From NCBI GenBank assembly GCA_009914755.4, contig CP068257.2, positions 26,400,001-26,464,000 of the forward strand: a stretch of DNA of 64,000 bases, in the 5' to 3' direction. This DNA is from the human T2T-CHM13v2.0 reference genome, Homo sapiens. Shown in pieces: positions 1 to 12,794 of the stretch (position 1 is its first letter; every line of letters starts with the position of its first letter). Position numbers and translations under genes: made by a program. The notes under the pieces are model-generated. The model did not search any database, was not told the DNA's origin, and saw only the letters and a program-made list of their open reading frames with translations.

Positions 1-3000
1 AGGCTCCAAACAGCATTCCTATCTGCCACTGGCACCTCAAGCACCTTTGTATCTGCTGGGTCATATGGCCCAAGTGGCAGAGCAGCTTGCATAGCAGCCT
101 GGACCTGTTGCAGAGCCTTCTCCTGTTCTGGTCCCCATTCAAAACTGGAAACTTTTTGGGTCAGTCAGTAAATGGGCAAGAATAACACACCCAAATGAGG
201 AATGTGTTGCCTCCAAAATCCAAATAGGCACAAAACCACTAAGTGTTGTGCCTTTTTCTTGCTTGTAGAAAGGGCCAAGTGCGGCAACTTATCCTTTACC
301 ATAGAAGGAAGGTCTCAACATGTCCAACACCACTAGACCACTAGACCCCTGGAAATTTTACTGAGGTAGAAGGTCTCTGAATTTTAGTCAGATTTATTTC
401 CCATCCTCTGGCATGCAAATGTCTTACCAATAAGTCCAGTATGTTCGCTACTTCTTGCTCACTGGGTCCAATCAGCATAATGTCATTAATGTAATAAACC
501 AGTGTGATATGTTTGTGGAAGTGAAAAGTGATCAAGGTCTCTTTGAATAAGATTATGATCCAAAGGCAGAGAGTTCACATACCCCTGAGGTAGAACAGTA
601 AAGGTATATTTACTATAAAGGTATACTTACATTGCCAGCTGAAGGCAAATTGCTTCCAATGGACAAGAATAGAGAAAAAGGCATTTGCCAAGTTAATGGC
701 TGCATGCAAGGTACCAGCAGACGTGTTAATTTGCTCAAGTAATGAAACCACAACTGGTAGAGCTGCTGCAATTGGAGTCACCATTTGGTTAAGCTTACAA
801 TAATCCACTGTCATTCTCCTAGATTCATCTGTCTTCCCCACAGGCCAAATAGGAGAGTTGAACAGGGATGTAGTGGGAATCACCACCCCTGCGTCTTTCA
901 AGTCCTTAAGGGTGTCACTAATCTCCGTAATCTTTCCACGGATGCAATATTATTTTTGATTTATGATTTTTCTAGATAGAGGCAGCTCTAATGGCTTCCA
1001 TTTGGCCCTTCTTACCATAATATCCCTCACCCTGCCAGTCAGGAAGCCAATGTGGGGGTTCTGCCAGCTGCTATGTATGTCTATGCCAATTATGTATTCT
1101 GGCACTGAAGAAATAACCACAGGATGAGTCTGGGAACCCCCTGGAGTTGTGTAAGTAGGGCCTGAGCTAAAACTCTATCAATTACTACCTCCATAAGTCC
1201 CTACTTTAACTGGAGGACCACAGTGACATTTTGGGTCTCCTGGAATCAACGTCAGCTTAGAGCCAGTGTCTAATAGTCCCTGAAACGTCTAATCATTTCC
1301 CTTTCATCAATGCACAGTTGCCCTGGTAACAGGTCAGAAGCCTCCTCGGGGAAGAATGGGAGAAAGAATAACAGCATAAATTGTCAGTAGTATAGTGGGG
1401 TTCTTGATCAAAGGGACCTGGCCTCCCCTTTATTCAAGGGGTTCTGGTTCTGGCTCCAATCTGGAAATTAATTGAGGGGCCATGGTTCTCTGTTTTTATC
1501 ATTCAAATTAGTCTTTTGTCCATTTGACCTGGATGTTTTCTGCCTATATAAATTAAGCAGGAATTCAGTAGGCTTCCTATCAATTTCATTTCTAGGAACA
1601 TCACGATTAGCCAATACCAGAGCTCTACACGAGTTTGCACTATTTAATTGCTGCTTTGCCTCTGCTGTCCATTATAATAGCTATGCCCACCTTGCCTTTG
1701 ATGGTTTAGTGCTGCCACTTGGCCCCTGCCACCTCAGGATCCAAGTATTCCCATTGTATTTCAATTTTGTAGTTGAGTGACTGCAGTTCCCACTGTTAGA
1801 TCTGATATACAGAGAAGAGCAATTACAGGGCTCTTCAAAGATGCAGGTGCTGCTCTCACAAGTCTATTTCACAAAACACTGGCCAAGAATATATCTTCTG
1901 GACCCACCCAGCTCGGATAGGTAGGTGTAAAGTGACTAATCTCCTCCATCATCCCAATCTTTCTAAGCCTTTTGATTCTTTCCTCTACATTAACCCAAGG
2001 GAGGAAATTAGGCATTTCCAGCTCGCTCACAGTAGGCTATCTTTTAATCCATATTTCAGCCAACAAAGCAAATAAACTATCAGAACCATTTTTTAACTCC
2101 CCAAGCTGTAACATTAAATGCAGAGTCCCTACCTAGTGGGCTTAAATCAATACGTTCAGCCTGATCCAACTCTATGTTCCTTCCACTATTATCCCATACC
2201 CTTAATATCCATTCCCATTCCTGTTCTCCATATTTATGCTTATATAAATAGAAAGCTCAAGCAGTTCTTTTGAGTGTAGTGCACCTCCTCATAGGTCACA
2301 CTCTCAACCTCCCCCTTAGGGGGGGCCAACTGGGACTTTAGACTAGTTATAGGCCTAGAAGCAAACAGGGGTGTTGGGGGTGGCTCCTGAGGAGAATCAA
2401 CATTATCTTGCCTGACGACTGCCTCAGGGGAGGCCATCACTGTTGCCTTAGGCAGCGCACGGTTTATCTCCTCAGACAAAGGTGGAAAGGCTGATGGAAG
2501 CATGGACTGGGGAGGGGATGTTGCCACTACTGGGCATGGAGAAGCTGTTTCTTCTGGCAAAAAGTGTTCATCAGAGTTGACAATCTCAGTGTGCCCACCT
2601 TCATCAGAGTCCTCCCACACATTCCCCTTCCAAGTTGCAGGGTCTTATTCTTTTCCAATTAATGCCCTCACTTTAACAGTAGACACCTGGTGAGGCTGTG
2701 CATGCACCTTTCATTGCAGTTCAGCCACTCACATAAGAGCTTGTGTCTGTTTTTCCACAATTTCAGCTCTGTCTCTACAGGAGATAAGACTCCCACTCAG
2801 GGTAATCTTAGCAGATTTGATACTTAGCATCTGCTTCTGAAGCTGGGAGTTAGAATCCCTGAGTTCATCATTTTCTTTCATCCTTTTGTCAAGTGAACTT
2901 AGGAGCAACCAACCAACTTCATTTTGTTCCTTTATTCTCCATATATAGTCACTAAACTCCTTGACTCTCATGAGCAGTAAATCAGGGGTGCCAAATGCTT

Positions 3001-3189
3001 TTATTTTTCATAACTATCTAAGCAGTCCATGCCAAGGACTATCAGTGTTCTCCATACTATTAGAGTAGAGTCCTTAGCATTTTGGGGTCTAATCATATTA
3101 AGCAGCCACTCTAGAAACCCTAAAAACAACAGAAGAACTCCATTATTAATAGTCTGTTCCTCTAGAACCACTCCTGATATGAAAATCTG
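1..3189 (-). mobile_element. Endogenous retrovirus internal region, provirus A (gag-pro-pol remnant, gammaretrovirus-like/ERV1 class). It continues beyond the window start.
   Basis: Minus-strand ORF fragments lie in proviral order. A coiled-coil MA-like ORF is at 2729-2971. A proline-rich p12-like ORF with PPPTPL is at 2240-2620. An RT with PIWPVGK..MTVDYCKLNQ and the YxDD-type motif YINDIML followed by [18 protein letters not shown] is at 341-901. All frames are broken by stops or frameshifts. Confidence 0.7.
341..901 (-). pseudogene. ERV pol reverse-transcriptase domain remnant (two adjacent frameshifted ORF fragments)
   Basis: Track ORFs 575-901(-) and 341-535(-) together span the retroviral RT fingers/palm, including the YxDD box. 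No intact pol is present. Confidence 0.7.
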
Positions 3190-3636
3190 TGTTAGTCAAG
3201 GTTCTCTAGAGAGACAGAACTAATAGGATATATATATAGAAAGGGAGGGAGTTTATTATGTTGTAGTAACTCACATGATCACAAGGTCCCACAATAGGCC
3301 ATCTACAAGCTGAGGAGAAAGGAAGCCAGTCCAAGTCCCAAAGCTGAAGAACTTGGAGTTCGATGTTCCAGGGCAGGAAGCATCCAGCACAGGGGAAAGA
3401 TGTAGGCTAGGAGGCTAAGCCAGTCTAGGCTTTTTACGTTTTTCTGCCTGCTTCATATCCTGGCCACACTGGCAGTTGATCAGACTGTGTCCACCCAGAT
3501 TAAGTGTGGGCTTGCCTTTCGCAGCCCACTGACTCAAATGTTAATCTCCTTTGGCAAGACCCTTACAGACCCACCCAAGATCAATACTTTGCATCCTTCA
3601 ATCCAATCAAGTTGAGACTTAATATTAACCATTACA
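3190..3636 (-). mobile_element. ERV LTR copy A (5' LTR of provirus A). It looks MER4-like/ERV1-class from memory; the family is unverified.
   Basis: The plus-strand read starts TGTTAGTCAAGGTTCTCTAGAGAGACAGAAC and ends ..AATATTAACCATTACA, giving TG..CA termini. It directly abuts the gag-proximal ERV internal sequence. Homologous copies lie at 4259-4767 and 6184-6592. Confidence 0.55.
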
Positions 3637-3905
3637 CTGTAGCTTCTTTGTTTTGGCCAGTATCTTCCACTTAGAATGTGTATATTTACCCAGTGACTAT
3701 ACTCCATTGTATCTGGGAAGTAACTAACTTGCTTTTGATTTTACAGGTTCATAGGCAGAAGGGACTGCCTTTTCTCAGATGAGACTTTGTACTTGGACTT
3801 TTGAGTTAATGCTGGAATGAGTTAAAACTTTGTGGGACTGTTGGAAGGGCATAACTGTGTTTTGAAATGTGAGGACATTAGAATTGAGAGGGCCATGGGT
3901 GAAAT
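3637..3905 (+). mobile_element. THE1/MST-type MaLR internal sequence, 3'-terminal fragment
   Basis: Collinear with 22200-22466 of the full-length THE1 in this window (..ttttgattttacagg[c/t]tcataggcagaagggac..gagggactgttgg.aagg..gaaatgtgagga..). Confidence 0.7.
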
Positions 3906-4258
3906 TATATGGTTTGGCTCTGTGTCTCTAACCAAATCTCACCTTGAATTGTAATAATCCCATGTGTCAAGGGCAGAACCAAGTAGAGGTAACTGTAGCA
4001 TGGAGGCAGTTCCCTCATGTTGTTCTCATGATAATGAGTGAGTCTCATGGGATCTGATGGTCTTATAACAATTTGACATTTCCCCTGCTTGCACTCAGTC
4101 TGTTTCCCGCAACCCTGTGAAGAGGTGCCTTTTGCCATGCTTGTAAATTTCCGGAGGCCTTTCCAGCCATGTGGAACTGTGAGTCAATTAAACCTCTTTT
4201 CTTTATAAATTACCTAGTCTCAGGTATTTCTCTACAGCAGCCTAAGAACAAACTAATA
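3906..4258 (+). mobile_element. THE1/MST-type MaLR LTR (3' LTR attached to the internal fragment at 3637-3905); divergent, older copy
   Basis: Starts ..TATATGGTTTGGCTCTGTGTCTC..AAATCTCACCTTGAATTGTAA and ends ..CCATGTGGAACTGTGAGTCAATTAAACCTCTTTTCTTTATAAATTACCTAGTCTCAGGTAT..AACTAATA. These are the hallmark THE1/MST termini. Confidence 0.75.
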
Positions 4259-4340
4259 TCTATCTATCTATCTATGATCTGGCTATAGCTATACATATAT
4301 TATATATATAATATATATTATGATTTTTATATATATATGA
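4259..4340. repeat. Compound (TATC)n/(TA)n microsatellite at the junction of the THE1 LTR and ERV LTR copy B
   Basis: The run tctatctatctatctatgatctggctatagctatacatatattatatatataatatatat is visible directly. Confidence 0.8.
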
Positions 4341-4767
4341 TTTATTATGAGGTATAGGCTTATGGAATTATAAAGTCTGAGAAATCCCATCTGTGCAAGA
4401 TGGAGACATTGGACAGTCAGTGGTGTAGTTCAAAAGCCTGAAAGCCAGAGAGCCAATGGTATAGATTTCAGTCTGAGTTTGAAAGCTTGAGAAACAGAAG
4501 GACCAAGGGCAAGAAAAGATTGATATCTCAGTTCAAGTAGGCAGAAAGAGAATGAATCCTCTCTCTTTCATCTTTTTGCTCTATTCAATTATCAAGGGAC
4601 TAAATGTTACCCACCCACAATGGGGAAGCCAACTCAGTTCATTCAGTCTACTGATTAAAATGCTAATCTCTTCTATAAACACTCCCATGGACACACCCAG
4701 AAATAATGTTTAATCAGCTATCTGGGCATCCTGTGATCCAGTCAAGTTAACAAAATTAACTTTCACA
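4259..4767 (-). mobile_element. ERV LTR copy B (3' LTR of provirus B). Its first ~35 bp, relative to copy A, are replaced by microsatellite.
   Basis: Collinear with copy A from ..gatttattatgagg.. onward, through ..ctactgattaaaatgctaatctc..cagtcaagttaacaaaattaactttcaca. Confidence 0.55.
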
Positions 4768-6183
4768 AATACTCTAATTGTCAATGTGGCACTTATATTC
4801 CTCTCCTTACATACTTAAATACTATGATATAAAGCCAATATATCTTATGTTACATGATAAGAGAATAGGAGACAGAAGAAAACCACGGTATTATATACAC
4901 AATATATACACAACCAAAAATGCATTTATAAAAAAATGGGGAGATCATATTTATTACAATCAAAATTATCATTGCTGTAACTGGTCATGTAGTCATAGCT
5001 AGTATTTATAACTACTTTATTCAAGTATCCATTCTGTATTCCCTTTGTCTTCAGGAAGCACCTCAGCTGGTAGTGTTTTTTTGTCTTTTGTGGTTACCCA
5101 ATTTTTTATTCCTGAAGGGCTGTGATCACTAACAACCTTGTCTTCATTGGGCTGTTGTTTCCTATTAACCTTAATCACAGGGCATGGTAATACTAAGCAA
5201 AACTATAAGGGATCACCCACACTCTAGATGTATTTTACCTTACCTACATTATGGACTAGCAGTCCAATTTCCCCTTGGTAGTCAGGATCAATCACCCCAG
5301 ATAGTACTTTAACTCCCTTCTTTGCCTATTGATTGAGAAGCATGAGGAGTTCAAAGCGGCCAGGTGAGTCTTAGCTTCCATTTCAATGGAATCATTATTG
5401 TGTCTCCTAATGGAAGGACTCCTCCCTTTGCAACTAAGACCTCCAGCCCAGCACAGCACAGGGTTTGGGAAAAGAAAATAAATATTTTGCTAGTGAGTCA
5501 TTAGTGGTAGTAGTGAGGGTTTTCACTCCCATTTCTGCTCCTTAATTCCTAGAACCATGAATGCTGGCTGTAGGAGAAACAGGATCATATATCAGATGCT
5601 GATACAGAACATACACAGCCTTCTAGAAACCCTTTCCCCATTCTCTCTCAACAAATGTTCTTGCTTTAGCAAGAACACGCTGAAAGACTTGGAGTTTAAT
5701 TTCCGTTATAATTCAGCCATTCATAGGATGAGATTCTGCATCTCACTTTCTGCAATCTCAACTCTGTGGACACCAAAAATAAGAGTTATCTTCAGATGAC
5801 AATAAGTCCTCAGGTCACTTATGCTTCTGGGAATTTAAATCCTAAGTTCATCCTTTTCTTTCACCACTTTGTCCAGTGACATTAGGAGCAAATGGCCAAC
5901 CTTATTATATTTGTTAGTTTTCCAAAACTGTTCAAAAGCATCATCTACAGAGTCATTCAGTTCCTTGCTTTTTATAAGTGGTATCCAAGGCAGATATTTT
6001 GTATATCTCTATTACCAGATTATGTCATGGATGTTAGTGCTCTCTTTACTACTGGAAACAGAGTCATCCAAACCTTTACATCTAATCAGATTAGACAATT
6101 TATTCCAAAATCTACAGCATCAATCTGGGAAACTTATTTATAAAATTCTATTTCTGTAAAACCACTCCCAGTACCAATATATG
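4768..6183 (-). mobile_element. ERV internal region, heavily deleted (provirus B)
   Basis: Region 5820-6183 is homologous to 2860-3189 of provirus A (ttcatc.ttttctttca..ttgtc.agtga..taggagcaa..). The internal/LTR junction ..aaccactcc...tg|t.ttagtcagg is conserved between the two copies. Confidence 0.5.
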
Positions 6184-6592
6184 TCTTAGTCAGGGTTATC
6201 CAGAGAAATAAAATCAATAAAATCTATCCTCTGAAACCTGGAGACCCAGTTGGTGTAATCTGAAGGCCTGAAAGTCAAAGATTCAATGGTGTAATTTTAG
6301 TCCCAGTTTGTAGGCCTGGCATTTCAAAGAAAGGAGAGGAATAGATATTCCAGCTCAATCAATCAGGCAAAGAAAGAGTGAATTCTCCTGTCCTTCACCT
6401 TTTCTTCTATTCAGACCCTCACTGAATTAGTTGATATCACACATAGAGAAGGGCAATGAAGTTTACTATGTCTATTCATAAAAATGCTAATTTCTCCCAT
6501 GAATACCATGACAGAGACACTCAGAAATATTGTCTAAATAGATGTCCTGATCCCATGATCTAGGAAAGTTAACACATAAAATATGACAATCA
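6184..6592 (-). mobile_element. ERV LTR copy C (5' LTR of provirus B)
   Basis: Starts tcttagtcagggttatccagagaaa and ends ..gaaagttaacacataaaatatgacaatca. Collinear with copies A and B. Confidence 0.55.
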
Positions 6593-6639
6593 ATAACTAA
6601 TAACTTTTCAAATGAAAAACCACAATATTTGAATGGTTT

Positions 6640-9530
6640 CACTGCTGAATTACACCAATTGTTTAAGAAGAAACTGTAAAATTTTCCACAATCCCTGTCA
6701 GGAAGTAGAAAAAAATGAGAATGTTTCCTAACATTTTTTATGAAGACAGTGTTACTCTAATACTAAATATAGATAAAGCCCTTACAGAAAAGAAAACTAA
6801 AGATTATGAACACAGGTGAAAATTTCACATGAATACAGATTCAAAATTTTTCAATAAAATATTAACAAATCAAACAACAACATATAAAAATAATTCTACA
6901 CCATGATCAAGAAGGAATTACTCCAGGTATGCAAGACTGTTCTACATCCAGAAGTCAGTGTTATCTACCACATTAAAGACTAATAAAGAAGAAAATTGAA
7001 TAATTATATCAATAGATACAGAAAAAGCATTTGAAAATACATGAAACCTATTCATAATAAGAAGTATTAGCAAATTAGAAGTAGAGAGGATGGGAACTCC
7101 CTGTATTTGATGAAGACACCTACAAAAATCCTACAGGTGGAATCATATTTAATGTTGAGAGACTGGAAGCTTTTCTCCTAAGACTGGGAACAAGGCAAAG
7201 ATAACTTCTCTCATCATTTCTACTCAACATTGTACTAAAAGTCTTAACAAGTGCAATAAGACAATAAAAGAAATAAAAAAGATAGAAAAGGAAAAATTAG
7301 AACTATCTGTGCTGAGTTTATATTATTATCTATATAACAGATCTCAAGGAATTTGCAAAAACAAGAAGTTTTTTAAATCTAATTATAAGATCTCAGAAAA
7401 CAAGGTCAATATACAAAAGTTAGTTACTTATTAAGAAATTCATCCTTTGCAGTGAGCAATGAGAAACAATATTAGTTTCTAAAAATGCCATTTACAATTG
7501 CACAGACATGAAAATAAATACTGAGATATAAATCTGACAAAACTTTTTAATAATCTACATGTCTTTTACTACATGTGCAAAACTACAAAATTCTGATAAA
7601 AGAAATTACAGAAGATCTAAATAAAGTGTGATAAGTTCAACATTACTTCACTATTGTTAAGATGTTAATTCTTTCCTATTTGATGAATATATTCAATGCA
7701 ATCCCAATTTTTTAGAAAAATACTCCTTTTTAGATATCAACAAACATATATATAATGTTTATATGAAAAGCCAAAAAACCTGAAATACTCAATAAAAACT
7801 GAAAAAACATAAAGTTGGAGGATGCATGCTACCCGATTTTAAGACTTACTATAAAGGCACAGTGTCAAGACAGTGTGGTATTGACTAAAGAATTCACACA
7901 TAGTTCAATGGAACTAGTGGGTCCAGAAATAGGCCTCATACAAATATAATCAACTGATCTTTGACAAAGGAGCAAAATGCAATTCAATAGCAAAGGAATA
8001 GTCTTTGCAATAAATGTAGTGAGTGGTGCTGCAACAATGGGCTATCCTTCTGCACACACATAAAAAAATGAACCTGGAGACACGAACCTCAGAGCTTCAC
8101 AAAAAATCAACTTAGAATAGAACATAGATTTAAATGCAAAACTACAAATATAGGAGAGAATTTAGAAGACCTTGAATTTGGCCATAAGATTTTAGATACA
8201 ACCACAAAACGATTCTGTGAAAGCTTAGATGTTACTAAAATTAAAAACTTCAGCCCTGTGAAAGTCACTGTTAGGATAATTTTTAAAAAGTAATAGACTG
8301 GGAAAAAATTTGCAAGACATGCATCTGATAAAAGGCTTGTATCCAAAATATACAATAAACATTTAAGACTCAACTATAAGAAAACCACATTTGAAAGTTG
8401 GCAAAAGATTTAAATAGACACCTCATCAAAGAAGATACACAGATAGAAAATAAAGATGGTCAACATCATTTGTTACCAGAACATTGCAAATTAAAACAAT
8501 TAGGAACCACTACTTATTTATTAGAATTGCTAAAATCTAAAAATCTGATAATACTTAATACTGAGAAGAATGCAGAGTAACAGGAACTCTCATTCTTTTC
8601 TGGTGGAAATGAAAAACTGTACAGATTCCTTGGAAGACAACTTTTCAATTTCTTTTTTTTTTTTTTTTTTTTTTTCTGGGACGGAATCTCACTCTGTCGC
8701 CCAGTCTGGAGTACAGTGGCACAATCTTAGCTCACTGCAAACTCTGCCTCCCGGGTTCATGCCATTCTCCTGCCTCAGCCTCCTGAGCTTTTCAATTTCT
8801 TATCAAGCTAAACATATAATTCAGCAAGCATGCTCCTAGATTTTTACTAAACTGATTTGTTAATTTTTGCCCACAAAAATTCTATTTATATTTTTATAGA
8901 TGCTTTATTCATAATTACCCCAAACTGGAAGCAATCAAGACGTTCCCCAAGAGGAGAACAGATAGTCTGTGATACATCCATATGGTGAGATAATATTCAA
9001 TGATAAAAAGATAAGAGCAATCAAATCATGAAAAAAATGAAAGAATCTTAAATGCAAATTTCTAAGTGAAATAAGCCAATTTGAAAAGGATACAGACTAG
9101 TGATTCTGATTATGTGACATTCCACAAGAAAGAAACCTATCAGGGGTTGCCAAATGTTTGTGGGGAGTAAAGGAGGATGGAAGAATAATTGATGCACAAA
9201 TGATTCTTCTGTCAATAAAGCTATGATTATATGCTGTATGATACTGTAATGGTGGATACATGGCATTAGGTATTTGTCAAAACCAACAGAACTTTACAGA
9301 AGAAATAGTAAACCTTAATGTACGCAAATTTAAAAAGAAACATATAGTATGTCTGGAGATCCCTGACACCATCTAAGCAAAAAAAAAATCTAACTGTATT
9401 TCACATGTGTGACACAACCTCACTGAAGTTGGTAGAGGAAGAAAATGTGCTAACCTAAGTTACTTTATATACGATATAAATGAATTTTATTTGTCTCATG
9501 AACCCTGTACTTTAGTTGACAAAAATGTTT
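6640..9530 (+). mobile_element. LINE-1 (old L1M/L1PB-like), 5'-truncated: ORF2 C-terminal half plus 3' UTR
   Basis: Plus-strand translation gives L1 ORF2 motifs (..HHDQEGITPGMQ.. at ~6900, ..VYPYNGI.. at ~8960). The segment is A-rich. It is interrupted by an Alu at 8653-8787. Confidence 0.7.
8653..8787 (-). mobile_element. 5'-truncated Alu (right-arm 3' ~110 bp plus 23-nt poly-T) nested in the L1
   Basis: Poly-T followed by gggacggaatctcactctgtcgcccag..gcctcccgggttcatgccattctcctgcctcagcctcctgag. A perfect 12-bp TSD cttttcaatttc lies at 8641-8652 and 8788-8799. Confidence 0.85.
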
Positions 9531-9649
9531 TTGTTAAGAGGTAACTTAGGTTACAAGTGCTCTGCTGAATGAATTGATTAATGCCATTATCTTGAGAGTA
9601 GGTTAGCTACCTAGGAAGTGAGTTCTTGATAAAAGGATTAGTTCAGCAC

Positions 9650-9840
9650 TATTCCTATTTCTCTGTCACATGCATACATGCTGTCTTGCTCTTCTGCCTT
9701 CCACCATGGGATAACACAGAAGGAAGGTCCTTGTTACATGTAGGTTCCTCAACCTTGGATTTCCCAGTCTCGAGAACTGTAAGAAATAAGTCTCTGTTCT
9801 TTATAAATTACCCAGTCTAAGGCATGCTACATTAGCACAA
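9650..9840 (+). mobile_element. MaLR-type LTR 3'-end fragment (MLT1-like)
   Basis: ..gccttccaccatgggataacacagaaggaagg..ggatttcccagtctcgagaactgtaagaaataagtctctgttctttataaattacccagtctaaggcat..acggactaagaca resembles the MLT1 3' terminus. Confidence 0.4.
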
Positions 9841-9854
9841 AACGGACTAAGACA

Positions 9855-9907
9855 CTATCTATCCATCTACCTATATGTCTATATATCTACCTAATCTATC
9901 TGGCTAT

Positions 9908-9960
<53 letters not shown>

Positions 9961-9970
9961 ATCTATCTGT
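9855..9970. repeat. (TATC)n microsatellite, ~15 perfect units at 9909-9968 with degenerate flanks
   Basis: Direct reading of the sequence. Confidence 0.9.
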
Positions 9971-11014
9971 TCCCACCTAAGCAGGTGAAAGTAAGCTACC
10001 TTATAAAGCAGAAGATAATATACACATCAAAACACTCTCTTACCTAATAAAGACTGGTACGTTAAAGGTAGTGGTACACTGCTTTTACATCTCAATGTTT
10101 ATTTGCTCATTTGTTTTTCCCAACTGTGAACAAAATGTTATGAAAAAGCTATTATAATAGCAACTAGTATGCAGCTCCACCATCTTTAACTTAATTGGAG
10201 AGAGACATAAAGAAAAATGTTTGTTCTTAACATTCTTGCAAGAAGAAGCAATATGCAGAGAATGTTTTTTTCTCTCTCTCTCTTTCTCTGTGTTTATGTA
10301 TACATTCATTAATCTATACTTATATACATTAAAATTCAGTTTTTTAAAATAAGTAAGAAAATGGGTGTTTCAGTCAACTAAATATTCTAATTAATTCAAT
10401 ATTTTATCCTGTGAGATGTTCAAAAGATCAAATATTTTTAAAAGTCATAATAATCCCATAAAATTACTTAGATAGTCACTCTTTCTTCCTCATCTTTTGT
10501 CTAGGTCACTCCTACCATACTGAACATGAATTTGATAATTTTTTAATCTTATTCACGCACAAGCTTAGATTTGATTCCTTATTTTATATTTATAAACTAT
10601 TTTTGTCTTGCCGCTGACTTTTTTGTATCAGATTGAGTTTTATACTACTGTTTTATTTAAGCCCTTTCTTGCAATTACCATCATCCTGCACCAATATAGA
10701 AATTTCAGTGTGTTTCCTTCTTCCTTGAGCTCACAATGAGATCTCCTGTTATAGGCTGATGGCTACAGGCATATTTTACTGTCATAATTTTCACAGAACT
10801 CACACACTAATAATCCAAACTAACCCTAAAATTATATCAAAAAATTAATCTGATTAGGATGATAATTCACAGTCACATAGTGTTTTGGAATCTTTGTGGT
10901 GAAAATAAATTGTTCGTTTAAAACTATTGACTTAGAAGTCGGACTCTATTATTGTGTAATGACTGAAACCAGAAGTAACATTTTTCAATATATCTCTATA
11001 TAAAGAATATTCTC

Positions 11015-11386
11015 TGATATGGTTTGGCTGTGTCCCCACCCAAATCTCATCTTAAATTGTAACTCCCACAATTCCCACATGTCCTGGGAGGAACCGGGTG
11101 GGAGGTGATTGAATTATGGGGGTGGATCTTTCCTACGCTGTTCTCATGACAGTGAATGAGTCTCATGAGATTTGATAGTTTTAAAAATGTAAGTTTCTCT
11201 GCACAAGCTCTCTTTTTGCCTGCTGCCATCCACGTAAGATGTGACTTGCACCTCCTTGTCTTCTGCCACGATTGTGAGGCTTCCCCAGCCATGTGGAACT
11301 GTGAGTTCTCCATTATACCTCTTTCCTTTTTATATTGCCCAGTCTTCAGTATGTCTTTATCAGCAGCATGAGACTAGACTAACACA
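11015..11386 (+). mobile_element. Solo THE1/MST-type MaLR LTR
   Basis: Starts TGATATGGTTTGGCTGTGTCCCCACCCAAATCTCATCTTAAATTGTAACTCCCACAATTCCCACATG and ends ..CAGCAGCATGAGACTAGACTAACACA. It is flanked by a 5-bp direct repeat TTCTC (11010-11014 and 11387-11391), typical of MaLR. Confidence 0.8.
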
Positions 11387-12794
11387 TTCTCATTTTGTGC
11401 GTTTTGGAGAAAAAATAATACGGCAAGAAATTCCATTTTTGAAAATTATTATTGCTTAAACTTTAGATAAATGGGAATTGACTGTGTTTGTTTACCCTAA
11501 CATGGACTAGGTGCTGGCAAATTACAACTGCAATTTTGTTTCTGCAGCCTCAAATTTAATCTTTTATTTTGTCAGATGTGGCTAGGTGAACAATTTCCAA
11601 AAAAAAAAAAGACTAAAATAGTGAGCCTTAAAAAATCCTATTTCTCTTCTAGACTTGGATCCCTAAGTACCAGTCAAGGAAAATATCTAATTTCTTCAAG
11701 GAAAAAGAGTTCATATTTCTTTTGAAACATATCATGTTGCCATAGTTACCAAATGCTCTCCTTTTATTTCCTAACAATAATATCACCATCTAGATACACA
11801 TAGCTTACAAAAGTAAATGTTTTATTGTGGAATTTTATAAGGACACAGGATCTGCTTCCAATGACTTTCAAAAAAATTAAAATGGAAGGATTCTTTCTAA
11901 TAAATACACCTGAGTTGAAATTAAATGTTTTCTGAGCAAGAGCATAGGAGAAAAGGAGGAGCAGAGAGAAACTGAAAAAGACACATACAGTTTTAACATT
12001 TCAAAGGTGAAGGTGATTTAAATTAGGATTTGGGCATGGCTGTTCTTCTCCACCCCAGTGTATATAAACATTCTCATATGGGTTGCCATGTCTCCAGGAG
12101 TGATACCTTCATCTGGACAGGCCATTAGAAATTAAAACATATTTACACATATACACATGCACATCTTAGAATAAGAAAAATTATAAACCAGCTTATTTTT
12201 ATTTGTCTTGCCAAATATAAACTTTAGAGACAAAATTTTAAATAAAGCAGCAACTATGAAAATAAATAATGAGATTCCTGTGTACAGAATTACGTAGTTG
12301 GGGTTTACATATTTGAAATCAAGCTCCAAGTAGAAACGAATCAGTTTTCTCTTTCTTTTCTCTTACTTTTTAAGAAGCTATCACAAGAATTTTATTTACA
12401 GGAATTTAAGGTGGAAACATATACCTTTTGGGGAGTAAATCATTACTAAAAACATAATTAATGTGGTCATTTTGAACAATATTATCAAATAGTTACCTCA
12501 ATGAATCATAAAAATCATCAAATATGTACATGATTTGAAAAATCTTGAAAACTAAGAAAGTTGAAATATGCAAAAAGTAAATTTCATAGTCTACCTTTAT
12601 AGATAAAACATCAATAGCTAATATTAAACTATAAGCATTATTATTAAAATATAAACATTAATTGAAAATTTAAAATTAAATTTAAAAATTAATTAATTTC
12701 TTTATATCTTCCTATTTCATACTTAAAAGGTTTCTTATTCTAGCCTACACGGTGTATCACAAACTGCAAATTACAATACTTGATGTTTTAATGC

